Positions 11,900 through 24,276 of a DNA stretch of 64,000 nucleotides are shown here, piece after piece. The DNA is from Utricularia gibba. Its lineage: Eukaryota; Plantae; Magnoliophyta. The stretch lies in assembly GCA_002189035.1 (NCBI GenBank), contig NEEC01000011.1, positions 558,001-622,000 of the forward strand, given 5' to 3'. The notes beneath the pieces are model-generated. The model did no database searches and was not told the origin of the DNA. It worked only from the letters and a program-made list of their open reading frames with translations. Both the position numbers and the translations under genes were made by a program. Positions within the stretch are counted from its first letter, which is position 1. The number at the start of each line of letters is the position of its first letter.

Positions 11900-13593
11900 T
11901 CATAGTATTGGGCAGATAGATTAAGTTTGTATTCATTGGAGTTGATTCCACAAAATGCAAACAATTGTTTGATGAGATCCTGAATTACAATATTTATATA
12001 AAAATCTACAAATCCTACCTATGGCATATTGTAAGTTGTAAAATCTCCATAGTTGATTATATTGCCTCCAGCAAAAATCCTTACATGCACCATCTTCTTC
12101 ATTGAGATTTGCAAAAACAAATGAAGAGATATCAAGAAGGGTTCAAAGAATGAGCATAACCTCTCAGATGAGAGTGTGGCTATTTATAAGCTCTAAAATT
12201 AATGATTGTGGATACTAATGATTGCCCATGCGCATCAAATAATTATGGAGGCCAACCATAATAACGTGTAGATGTAAGTGGCAAACACATCACATGATAA
12301 TCAAACAATTCATTTAAATAAATTTATTTCAACATAATATTAATTTATTATTACATGATAAAAAGTTATTATTATATACTTAAATAATTGATCGAGTCAA
12401 GGATCGAGTCCAGCTCAGAACATAGAGCACCCACCAAGAAAATAATTGATCACAAGTGCGGATCCATTTGCCCAAAGGCATTTGTATGTTCATTCATTTC
12501 GGACAATATTCAACAAAAGCACATGAGAAGCGGAGTAACTCCGAGAATCTTCTTTGACCTAACTGGTTTAATGTGTCTACACTCCTGTCCCCGTCCGGTC
12601 CGAGGTAACATTTTTTTTACCCCCCCAAAAAACAACACAGTAAAAATCTCTGTGCATCCAAAAGTGAATCTTTACACACCTACAGGTCCCGACCTTGCAC
12701 CTAGTCGCGCATGATGCAAGCACGCCCCGCCCTCACAGGAGCGAGCGGGATGGTCAAGGGCTGGCACATAGGCGCACACCCTGCAAGGGAGCGGCGTCCG
12801 GGTAGCGTGTGCGGGTGGCGCCTCGCCCAAGACGAAGTGCCAGGAAGCGTGCGCTAGTCGCGACTTGCACACGATGCCCGCACGGCACGGCCACGATGCA
12901 AATGCCTGCCATGGTTTCAATTTATTTTCATGACAAATTATGTTTTTTTATAAAATTTAATTTAGTTTAAAATACTATTAAATAAATTACACAATTTCTT
13001 TATTGATATGATTTATAATGAAATCAAAATTATATATTTATATATATACATTTATATTTATAATTTTATTTTTATTATACAAAACATAATATCATATAAT
13101 ATGAATAAAAAGCATGAATTCAAAAAATGAATAAATAAAAAATAGCTAGTTTGATCACAATTCCAAAATTGTATTATCTAACTAATAGATTTTTTAAAAA
13201 GAGTTATTTTACTAAAAAGTTTCGGTAATGAATAATGATATATGTTTTTCGATTTTTTTAAAATATTTTTCTCTTTAAAAAACCAAAGTGAAAAATTAGT
13301 TATATTTTTAATATTTTATAATTCCTTTTACATTTAATTATCATATATTTAGTATAAAATAATAATTTTGACATAATTTATCAAGTTTACATAATAAAAT
13401 AAATAGAAAACAAAATTAATAGAAAACCCAGTAGATAAAATGGATATATAGGATCTTTATTTAATAGAAATTGAATAAAATAGAATAAAATAAAAATTAA
13501 TTTTTGGAAGATGGGTACCTTTTAACATAGTAACACATAATGGGTATTTTTCAAATAGCATTAAAATGTAGTGTGTAGAAAAGTAAAATACCC
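11900..13593 (-). mobile_element. Half of a Mutator-like element: transposase 5' region plus long TIR
   Basis: 11920-12380 is a direct repeat of 35865-36230; 12750-13593 is the reverse complement of 33031-33950; ends in CCC at 13591-13593. Confidence 0.8.
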
Positions 13594-15632
13594 ATCTCAA
13601 TAACCACTTCACAGCTGCCTAATGAATCTCATTTGAGTTGTGTGTGTATCTACTCAGTCTATCTACTACATACACTATGTCAAGTCGGGTATGATTCATT
13701 AGATATATCACACTTCCCATTATATATGCATATTTACTTTGGGACATAAGGTCATCGCTATTTTTCTTTAAACTAATACTGGGTCATATGTAGTCGGAGT
13801 TGGTTTCACCTAATTGAAACCAAACTTCTTTAAAAGTTTCTTAATGTAATGGCTTTGAGTTAGTAGAAACCCTTCTTCATTTCTCACAATTTTGATGTCC
13901 AATATGTAGCTAGCTTGAGAAACCCTTCTTCATTTCTCACTATTTTGATGTCCAATATGTAGCTAGCTTCATTCATGCCCTTCATCTAAAAATTTAGAGG
14001 CTAAGAATTTCATGGTCTCTACAACTGTGCCTAGGTTCAGCCCAAAGATCAGCATATCATCCATGTAGAAGGTTATGATCACACATTGATTATTAAAAGT
14101 CTTAGAGTAAACAAATCTCTCGACTCGATTTGAAGTGAAGTCTAATGATGTTATGACTTCATCAAATTTCTCATGCCACTGTTTAGGTGCTTGTTTCAAG
14201 CCATATAGTGATCTCTTCAGTCGACACACTTTGTGTTCTTCTCCAGCCTTTACACAATACTCAAACTGAAACATGTAGATTTCTTCCTCCAATTCACCAT
14301 TCAGCAATGCCGTTTTGACACTCATTTGATGAACTGTCCAATTGTGCACATATGTCATTGCAAAGAGTACCCGTATGGCAGAAAAGTGAACCATTGAATT
14401 AAATGTCTCAAATTAGTCAACACCCGGTTTCTGAGTGAAACCCTTCACTACAAAGCAAGCCTTGTATTTGTCTACTTTATCATTTGCAAGGAGGTTTTTC
14501 TTAAAGATCCACTTGCTCTCAATTGGCTTTGCCCCAGGGGTAGGTCCACTAGTTCTCATTCGTTGTTTTGATGGAGCGAATCCATCTCACTCTGAATGGC
14601 TTTCATCCACAATGGAGCATCTGGAGAAGTAATTGCATCGTAGTAGGTCAGAGGATCTCCACTAGTGAAATACACATAGAAGTCATCACCAATTCTAGAC
14701 TCTACTCTCTGCCTTTTGCTTCGTCTCAGAGGCACTTCCTCTAAGGGTTCACTAGTTTCAATAGGTTTAGTGGTAGGTGTCTCATGGCCACCATCTTGTC
14801 GTTTTCCTACTAGAGGAAAGATGTGCTCAAAGAATTCTGCATTCTTTGTTTCGAGTATTGTATGATGATCAAGGATATCACTCTTGATCACAAGAAATTG
14901 ATATGCAGCACTCTCCTATGCATATGCTATAAATAGACAATCAAATATTTTTGACCCAATCTTCCTTTTCTTCGAATCAGGTAACATCACTTTTGCTTAA
15001 CACCCCCACACCCTTAAATACGTAAGTATGTAGCCTTTCCATATCTAATACGGAATTTTGTATATTTTCTTATGTGGGATTCAATTCTGAACTTGCAAGT
15101 TGTGAGAATCACTTTCCCCACATTTTATCTAGAATGCAAGAAGTAATAAGCATTGATTTCATCATTTCCTTCAATGTCCTATTCTTCCTCTTGGAAACTC
15201 TTTTTGACTCATGAGAGTATGGAGGAGTTTTCTCATATATTATTCCATGCTTCTTACAGAAATCTTTGAATAATACATACTCACCCCTGTATCAAATCTG
15301 ACTCACTTTATTTTCTTGTCAAGTTGGTTTTCTGCCTCATATTTAAATAGCATAAATTTATCAAATGCTTCAGATTTACGTTTCAACAAATACACTCGAA
15401 TATATCTAGAGCAATCATCAATAAAAGTAATCATAAACTTATTGCCACCTCTAGATACACATATCTTATAATCACATACCTCCGAATGAATCAATACAAG
15501 CAATTCAAATTCTCTTATAGAAAAGCATAATTTCTTAGTCATTTTTGCCTCTACTTAAATCTCACACTTAGCAGGTAACTCATGCAATTTAGGAATTAAA
15601 TCTAATTGCTACATCTTTTTCATATAGGCATA
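13594..15632 (-). mobile_element. Degenerate Ty1/copia pol (GAG-pre-integrase, integrase, RT)
   Basis: ORF remnants FMITFIDDCSRY, LRRSKRQR, VKTALLNGELEEEIYM, KRSLYGLKQAPKQWHEKF; inverted copy of 31055-33030. Confidence 0.92.
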
Positions 15633-15637
15633 GTTAC

Positions 15638-17086
15638 TATTGGGTTTCTCGTAGAAATCGTATGTTTCAAAAGCAGCGGAATTTTAAAATTTTGAGAAAC
15701 CCCCAACGCGGATCTTGGAATACGGTATACATCATACAAAGGGATGTTCAAAATACCTTTCAGATGACTCTGTTGTTCACCAACCGCCAATAGTAGACGG
15801 CCTCTATGGTATCCACATGTGGAGCACTCCATCGATAACCTTCTCAAGGCTCTTGAATGCTGGTCGAATTTCTTAGGTGCTAGTAGAGAAAAACGCCTCC
15901 TTGTGGATCAGTCTCAAAGAGCACGAAGACCTTGGAGCAGATCTCAAGATCTAAATCTTTTTGATAGATATTTTGTGATATATGAAATCATATCTATATG
16001 AGATCTTTTATTTTGAGTTTAATCAATATTAATCTCAAAATAACTCTGTATTTAATTTATCCACTTTACCAATTACATCTCATGTAATTGTGTCATTCTA
16101 TTTTATATCAATGAGTGACTCCACTATTGTGTATGACCCTATAGGCTTCTTAAATCAAGACTGTAATAATAGATTTATTAATTAACTCTTAATTAATCAA
16201 ATCCATCATTATCGATCATGAGTGATGTCTAGCAACATATCATGATCCCCAAGATTAAAGAATAATCAAGTGAACTGATTGAGACTTTCCATGACCAATC
16301 ACCATGCAATGAACAGCTTTTATCATACTTATATCTCATTTGATACCAGAACTTGGGTGTGTGTCTTTCTGATGTGTCGAACTTATAATTGCATTCAAGC
16401 ACTAATACTCAATGACCTACTCAAACAATTCGAGTGTCATTACCCTTGTCCCAGGACTTACTGTTAGGCTTTGATGCAATTACTTGAGATATAATCTCAT
16501 AGCTAACATGAGTGATGAATCCTTTATTGATCAATCAACTATCTCCAATCTTAAGAAGTCACATCCCTACTCATCCATACTAGGCAAGCCATAGTTAGTC
16601 TCCCATTAGTAATGAGCGAAAATGTGAGCTTAAGATCAAGATAACTTTGTTGACCTCAAGTCTAAGCTTATTGCACGACTATCATATTCGAGATCTTGCT
16701 ACTAACACTTGGTTAGCTTCCCATAGTAGCATCTCGAAGATAAGTCATCCAGTGAATCGATTCTCTAATCGACACCCACACATAAGTTCTAGTAATCTCA
16801 TTACATCAATTGTGAGAACCATTGCCTAAACAATTTAGGGAACTCCATGTGTGCCAGCTTATCCGTATTTGTGATATCCTCATTTTACAAATACTCTAGC
16901 CAGGGAGTTTTTACTTGATCATGAATGCTTGAAGAATCTCACATCATGATCTCATCATAATTTCGATAGCACATATATCAAGTAGAGGATTTTATCAATG
17001 ATATAAATTTGATCACAATTCAATGTAAATATCAAAAGATATGATTTTCCAATGAGTTGATTCTCTTTAGAACACATACACCAACA
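15638..17086 (-). mobile_element. Ty1/copia LTR (~1.45 kb, possibly Angela-like) preceded by its polypurine tract
   Basis: Minus strand reads caagtgggagat (PPT, 17087-17098) then tgttgg, ending gagaaacccaata; second copy at 1-654. Confidence 0.8.
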
Positions 17087-17123
17087 ATCTCCCACTTGAA
17101 CTAGAGCCAATCAATCATGTAAC

Positions 17124-17296
17124 TGTTAGTGTATGTGTTCTAGAGAGGATCAACTCATTGGCTAGAGTCATCTGAAAGGTAATTTGAACATCCCTTCGTC
17201 TGATGTATACCATATTACAAGATCTGCGTTTGGGGTTTCTCAAAAATTCTAAATTCCGCTGCTTTTGAGACATACGATGTCTACGAGAAACCCAAA
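17124..17296 (+). mobile_element. Internally deleted mini-LTR in the opposite orientation
   Basis: 17124-17161 equals the first 38 bp of the adjacent LTR, and 17162-17294 equals its last ~130 bp (reverse complement of 15641-15770). Confidence 0.85.
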
Positions 17297-18490
17297 CAAA
17301 ACAATGCGTCTTTTTCTTTTTGATACCATCATTAGTAGGAGCTAAAACAATATGAGAACCAGCATTAGAATTTTTCAAGCGAGGTTTATACCTCCCTTGT
17401 TTATTCTTGAGGACATTTGTCTGGTACTCATGGTTGGTAGGCTTCTTCTCAATTTTTTTCTGCCTCTCCTCAATGGCAATGTGATTTATCAAGTGATCCA
17501 GAGTCATCTTGCGATTAGATTGGCGAATCTTAGCCTTGTAATCATCCCATCCTCGTGGCAACTTGTGGATAAGTGATTCAATGATGAACTCTAGAGGTAG
17601 ATTGATGTTCTGAGCAGCCATGTTGTCCAAGAGGCAATGGAATTTATCAATCTGAGCAACCACCTCCTTGTCATCAGACATCTCCCACTATAGGAAATTA
17701 GTGACTGCAAATCGAGATGTAACAGCCTCCTCTATAGTGTGCTTGGTAGTCATGGACTTCCATATAGAGGCAGCATCTTTGTAGACTACATACACATCAA
17801 AGAGACTATAAGAAAGTGTGGTAATTATGGTGTGACGACATACTCGGTTAGCCCAATCCCAGTCCACAATAAGGATCTTAGGGTCTACGGCTTCTGGCTT
17901 GATGATGTCAAGTGCCCATGCGACACTATGCATGTCAAGTAACTCAAAGATCCCGTCTTTCCAACGTCGAAAGTTCGTGCCATCAAAAGGTTCGATCTTT
18001 GCAGTATCAGGGATCTGGCAACCAATTGAATGATTCAAAGACAGATTGCGAACACTAGAGGTGACTTGTGGCAAATAGGTGGAGACAAGCGGATTCTGGA
18101 CAGGGTTTGTCTGTGGCGGCACAACGACCAAATCTGCAGCAGGGAGGACCGTCGGGGTCAGCGTGGCATCGCAGTGCGTGGGTAACCGAAGGCACGAACA
18201 ATGTCAAAGTAGGGTTTTCCAAATGGTCAGCGGTCAGATCCATCGAGATACTCCTTTAGATTTTTGTAAATTGAACACGAAGAAGAAGAAGAAAAGATGA
18301 AAACGTTAGGCACATAAAACGTTGGATTCAAGAGACTCTTCGAGAACTACTCTCTCAATCTGAGAAATCAGTCAAATATATATACGTGAACCCTAAACCC
18401 TAATGGGCTTGAGACAAAACAAAGCAAAACATGGGATTGGGCTGCACATACGAGAGAGCCTTTTGGAGTGGGTTTGCACCTCCCCTCAAG
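17297..18490 (-). mobile_element. Ty1/copia 5' part: partial LTR, leader and frameshifted gag
   Basis: ORFs KIEPFDGTNFRRW and IIESLIHKLPRGWDDYK...KKKTHCFV (zinc knuckle cut); 18262-18490 is the reverse complement of the LTR part at ~37050-37278. Confidence 0.85.
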
Positions 18491-19084
18491 GAAGATAACA
18501 ATATCACCTATTTTCTGAATCTCTGATACTATGCTATTAAAATTTACATTGCGATTTTATTCTAATTTGATGTGAAGATAGCAAGGAAAATGCCAAATAA
18601 AAAAAATTAAGCAAAGGGAGCTCCTAATTCACTAACCAATGTCAACAATATGAAGAATTACAAGCTACCAACAGCACTACAAGTTATGAAGAAACAAGAA
18701 AATACAAATGTGCTCTGTGGGAGATAGCCTCTACCGTGTTTTTTAAGTCAAGGAGACTTACTTTTTTTTTTTGTTCTTCAATCATAAAGCTGATATGCAT
18801 TTGCTTTGCTTCTACACTTCACCATTACTATTCGAACAAGTTAGTAGTTGTGGTGGTGGGGGATGCATGTTTAAATGAATTCTGTTGCTCATTTTGATCT
18901 ATTAAAAGAAATTCAAAAGAAATATTATATTTTGATATCAGACAAATCAATAAATCATCAGGATCCATCTACTTTAAAATTAAAAAAATATTAGTAATGA
19001 GTTTCAAAATATTTTTTTTTATGTTTTTACAAGTAACATCATATCTTACCCTTATTGACCTTCCATTATTTATAATTGATATAC

Positions 19085-19350
19085 TCAACAAATTGAATTG
19101 AGTAATTTGACAGAATTTTATGTTACAACAAATTGATGATGCAATAGCTAGCCGAATAGTTGCTTCATCCATTGGAATAACTATAACAATGCAGAGAAAA
19201 TATCGCCTCTTAATTGAAAATTATTTAAAATATTACAAAATTCATACTTCTTGAGTTTAATATGCGTTCACAACATAAGGCTCTAGCGATAGTTTGGATT
19301 TTTGACAAGTCAATATGTATCAATAGCAAACAAATAGTCACTATAAAAAA
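19085..19350 (-). pseudogene. ndhE: Plastid-derived ndhE remnant (NUPT)
   Basis: Translates ..QLRGDIFS..DEATIRLAIASSICCNIKFCQITQFNLL, compared with NdhE [36 protein letters not shown] (recalled consensus). Confidence 0.75.
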
Positions 19351-19615
19351 ACATGTATATACTCGGCTTCATTAACCAACTCCTTACTCATTTTGTTTCA
19401 TTTTAATTTCCAGAAAAATTAACTCAACTCGATCCCAACAGGCATGGAACAATCCAAGAGAATAAATCTGAATAGATTGATCTAAACTCAAAAGTAAGTT
19501 TTCTATTATATATTTTTCATAGGAATTCCTTTATTCTAATGCTTTTTATTCAAATTATATACTTTTGAAATTTATTATTTCAGGGCTATAGCAACTACAC
19601 TATTGAAGCTACTAA

Positions 19616-19837
19616 GACCCTGTTTGATATGAAAGTATAATGTTGGTTTATGATGGATTTAATAAAATTATATTGTTTGGTATTTAAATATAATTATACC
19701 AATTACATGGGTATAATTATCATTTTTATATGTATACCCAAGGGGGTATGGACATTTTTATACCTACATATTTGGATTTATTTAAACACAAATAATTTAA
19801 ATTCATCAATATCTAAATCAACCAACCAAACAAAACA
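19616..19837. mobile_element. Tourist-like MITE
   Basis: TAA on both sides (19613-15, 19838-40), degenerate TIRs gaccctgtttg / caaacaaaaca, and ndhG codons rejoin across it. Confidence 0.65.
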
Positions 19838-20094
19838 TAAAAGAATTACTGAACTAAGTTCAAACGGAAGAAAAAAGTCAGTGGATAAATGAATTTTTAT
19901 TTGTTCATTAGTACTTGTCAAATCGTGCTCCCGAATTATATTTGATTTTGTAATCCAAAACAGCTCATACAAGACGTGTCAAAAATAGTGGCAATTATTG
20001 CAATAAAAAGAATTGTAGAAACTGTCAAGATACTCGATCCCCAAAATACCAAGACAAATATTTGTAATATCCTGAATCATTCATAAATATCATA

Positions 20095-20566
20095 GTGCGT
20101 GTTTGTTTCAGGAAAATTGATATACTGCCAAATGTCTTAATAGGGATATTAAATAAGGAAGTAATATATTTAAATAGGGAATCATTTTAAATATCAGATT
20201 TCATTTGATAATAAAAATTAAGATAAGAAATATGTTTGACAATTGTACATTTATAAGCACATACTTTTTTCAAAATGCATATCGAATATCTATTAAGTTA
20301 AATAAAAAAGAAGATTGTGGGAGGAAGAATTTTTTATAAGAAAATGGATGGTCAGAAATAGAATAAAAAATATCATGACGATAAAATAATCATAACATAC
20401 TATTAAAGAATAATAAAATCATATTTAAATATTATTCAAAAGAATAAAATTATAATATATCAATTGGGATATTTAAATCCTCAATTTCTAATAAGGATTT
20501 TTGTAATTCATGATCTAAATAATGGAATATAATTTCCCTAACAATCCTACCCAACAAACACACACG
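20095..20566. mobile_element. AT-rich MITE (Tourist-like)
   Basis: TIRs gtgcgtgtttgtt / aacaaacacacac; interrupts ndhG; TSD not clean. Confidence 0.6.
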
Positions 20567-20715
20567 TAGCAAAACAATTAAACATTTACAGCCTCAAAGT
20601 ATATAAGGAGTTGTGTGGGGGCGACAAAATACAAGTTATAGAATAAAGTTATTAGGATGTTTGACATTAACATTATTTTAGAATGCAATTATTGGGCTTT
20701 TTTTATTTTGATTGT

Positions 20716-21910
20716 CGATAAACGAAAATAATGCAATGTTGTTAAAATGCAAATTCTCCTATGAAATAAAATTTATACACATTCTAGCATAAATTATAAG
20801 CATAATGATTAGGGTCGAACACAAGGAACTAGTGCTTATTATGTGAAAATTAATGCATTTAGTGAATGTCACGATTAAAAGATTTAGTATAAGTTAATAC
20901 TAACAGTTTCATAACAATATGTAGAAAGTCAGTAAATAGGTAAAATCAGTTATTTGTTTAAAATTAATCAAGATAATGCCTTGATACTTCTAAGAATTGC
21001 ATACTTATCATTAAAATAACCTCATCTAAATCATAAATCATGTATCTAAAAATAAAAAATCTAGGTCTACCCAAACACTTGTTTTCCTAATCCATGATTT
21101 TCCTCTAATTAGAGTTGTTAAGATGAGTTTCACAAACTTTTCCTCTTGAATCTATCCTGATTTGTTAAGCGACTTATGTGATTTATGGCTAACAAAATTA
21201 AAAAGAATGATTTGCACACTATCCTCCCTTTAGTCCCAAGGCACCCTTAGGTGTATAGCTATTCACAATAAGGAAAAATAAAACATTTTTATATCATAAC
21301 ATGAACATCATCTTCATTCCACAACTTAACAGCAATAAAAGAAACAATAACATAAGTAATCGGAAACATAAACAGTTTGCAAAAGAAAAAACTAAAACTA
21401 TTCCCAACAAGAAGTAACATTTTTCATAAACAAAAGAAGTTTTCAAAAGAGGGCTTGGTCCTTGGTTCGTCCTTTTCATTTGTTCTATAAGTTTTTCCCC
21501 AGATCTCCCTCCTAGAAGTATGTGACGTGTTGTTTAAAGTCTTGGAGATATTTTCTCACTCTTGTTATGTCCAAATCCTCTTTGTATCTACTTATATTTT
21601 GGTGTACTTCCTTTCAGCTTTTGTCCACATCTTCTGCAATTTCAATATTCTCTTTTGGCTTCTTGGAATTTGAGTTATTAAAACGTGGTGCATTCTTCAA
21701 GGGAATGATTAGAACTAAGATTGAGACTAAATCATAATTTAGTCCCAACTAGGAATAAAAGATGTATATTGTGTTTAGAACCAATGTTGTTTGATTGTAA
21801 TCATGATTATTCTCATGAAAGTATAATATTTATTTGGCATTATAAGAATACTTTATTCATTGTACTTAGATAAATACCACATGGGTTTTCATTATTTGCA
21901 AAAATATAGC
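20716..21910 (-). mobile_element. Degenerate Athila-like LTR (same family as 40118-41146)
   Basis: cgataaacgaaaataatgcaatg start, agggtcgaacac and atttagtcccaactagg match the family in reverse; right boundary uncertain. Confidence 0.75.
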
Positions 21911-23106
21911 ATGTTGTGAGTATGGAACCATGGTTTTTAGATTATTACTCATTATATGGACACTTTATTCATTGTAAAAATGGATGAAGAACAACAATTT
22001 CAATTTTACATTTGATCTTATGTGATATTTTGTTTTGAATGATTTAAGAGTTCAAACATTGAGATATAACCCATTCCCACTTTACATTTATTGGGAAGAG
22101 AATTTTGGACGAGATAGGGTGACTCACAAGTTTAGAGTAGGTTGCGGAGAATTTGTAGATAGAGTTCCAAAGCAAGTTAATGAAAGCGTTCGTTTTAGTC
22201 TCAAACTAGACTAGTTTCTACTAGCAAAGGCAGCATTTGAAAAATTTACCAATGATGTCTCTCAAGGAATGTCTGCGTCAAAGACCAAGCTACCAATCAA
22301 GCGGAAAAATGTGGCTTCAAGTGACCTTGATATGGTAGCTCACAACACAGGAGGGGGAGGTAGTAATATTAATCTTAAAACAATCCTAACAAAAATAGTA
22401 GACTTAAATCAATCCTAACACAAATGCTCATTGTTTAGGTAGGCTTGAACTCTTGTATTGTTAGTTGAACGATCTTTGGTATGGGTGAGATAAGGATAAT
22501 AATGAGCATATTGTTCTTGAAAGTATTAAGGCATCATATTATTTCATTTAGATAGTGATATTATTTGCTAGTTATTGCTTTTACTTCATTATACCATAGA
22601 ATTGCACTAGTCATAGCTTAGACTTAATCTTCATTGTGACAAAAACAGAATGTGTTAATCTGCACACAATAAGTACCATACTCTGTATGTTCAACTTTAA
22701 TTCCATTATGCTCATGTTTGTTTGATGTTTAATTGAGAATTAGATTTATAAATTTATTTGATACAAAAAATTATAATTATAAATGACGTGCAAGAATTTC
22801 TCATTTATCAATCATCTGTATTCTGTGTTTCAACAAACATATTGTTCCATTTATTGGATAACAGGGAGTTTTGAAGTAGCCAAGTGCAATTCTCTTTTTT
22901 GTCTAAGCCTCGATTTTGGAATGCAACTCAAAATTTTATTTATTTATTTCTCGAGTCTGCTCTTCTAATGCGCAAGCAAGAGTGAGAAATGAGGAAAACC
23001 CTATAGAAATCTTAAAGGATTTCCTTTATTTATATGTGTAGATTCTTCCCTAAACCATTTCGCACGTGAGGGGTGATTTTTTTTTTTCAGTAATAAACTA
23101 GGGACT

Positions 23107-24276
23107 TGATAACACATATTTTTGAGTAGCTCAATGCATGGAATTTACTCATTTTATGCTACAAAAATTAAGCTTAATTGTCTATTTCTATATTTTTGCA
23201 CATAAGTACCGTAGGAGTGCACTTTTAGTCTTACTTGGGACTAAATCTACAATTTAGTCCAACAGTTCCTTTCAAGCAATGCAGCATGGGTCGCAACACA
23301 AATCCCAAGGAGCAGAGTATGAACAGTGTGGGGGTAGGAAAGGTGACAGAAGTCTGAAGAAGAGTACACACAAAGTCCAAGTAGGTGAAAAAGGAAGATT
23401 TTGGACAAAAAGGGAGGAAAGGTGGAGAGAGAAGTAGATCTCCCCTTGGAGACTCACGAACACATTTTTCTGGGGAGAAGGTTTTCTGGGGAGGAACAAG
23501 AAGGAAGACAAACAGGAACGAAGCTGAAGTTCAAGATTATTTGCTGTCTTCAAAAAATATTACTCCTAGCTAAGAGTAGCTAGTGACGTTTTTCAGTTTT
23601 TGTTGACACTTCACATTACTTGCTTGTTTGCTTTCTGGTATTTGATTGTGAAATAAGCACACTGTGGGTGATGTTTTCTTTTCCACTTTCGTTTACCTTG
23701 AGCATGAGTGGCTAAATACTTAGGGGGGTGCCTTGGGGTAAAAAGGGGAGAAACATGTTAATCAACCTTTAGATCTAAACACCCATAAGTCACGCCACTT
23801 CCTTAACAAACCAGGATAGATCTAGGAGGGGGAAGTAGTGAAACCCAACTTAACAACCCTAATTAGAGGTAGACCAAAGATTAGGGGGAAAAACAAAAAT
23901 CCGGGTAGACCTAGATCTTGTGAGTTAGTTGTATGATTTGTGGTTTGTGTGAGTTTGTTTAGTGATGAGCATACATCCCCTAGGAGTCTCAAGGCATCAC
24001 CCATTCCATTCCAGAAACAACCGAACTCTAGAACTTATTACTTTTCTTTACTGTATTTTGTTTTAGTTCTGCTTTAGTCCTAGTTAAGACCAATTTTACC
24101 AACGTGACATTGATTCCTTGCATTGACCTTCACATAGCAAGCACCTAGCTCCTTGTGTTCGACCCTAGTCCACTATGCTCATAATTGTTTTATGCTTGAA
24201 TGTGTATTAGGTTATAAATTTATTTGATAGAAGAAATTTGCAATTTAACGACATTGCGTAATTTTTCCGTTTATCA
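23107..24276 (+). mobile_element. Solo LTR (Athila-like), 1170 bp
   Basis: tgataacac...gtttatca with TSD GGACT/AGACT; highly similar to 47038-48194. Confidence 0.9.

Larger units (their letters stand above)
19575..20700 (-). pseudogene. ndhG: Plastid-derived ndhG remnant (NUPT) split by two MITEs
   Basis: Pieces FVAPTQLLIYFEAVNV (20566-20690), MIFMNDSGY...[19 protein letters not shown] (19838-20095) and LVASI.VVAIALK* (19575-19615) are collinear with NdhG. Confidence 0.85.

Noticed and set aside
18519-18532. tctctgatacta, resembling a tRNA-Met primer binding site in reverse
   Set aside because: Two mismatches, and it lies outside the LTR-gag junction defined by similarity to 36832-37278; no LTR could be delimited next to it
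22080-22360. GC-richer stretch with partial open frames
   Set aside because: No recognisable domain or splice structure
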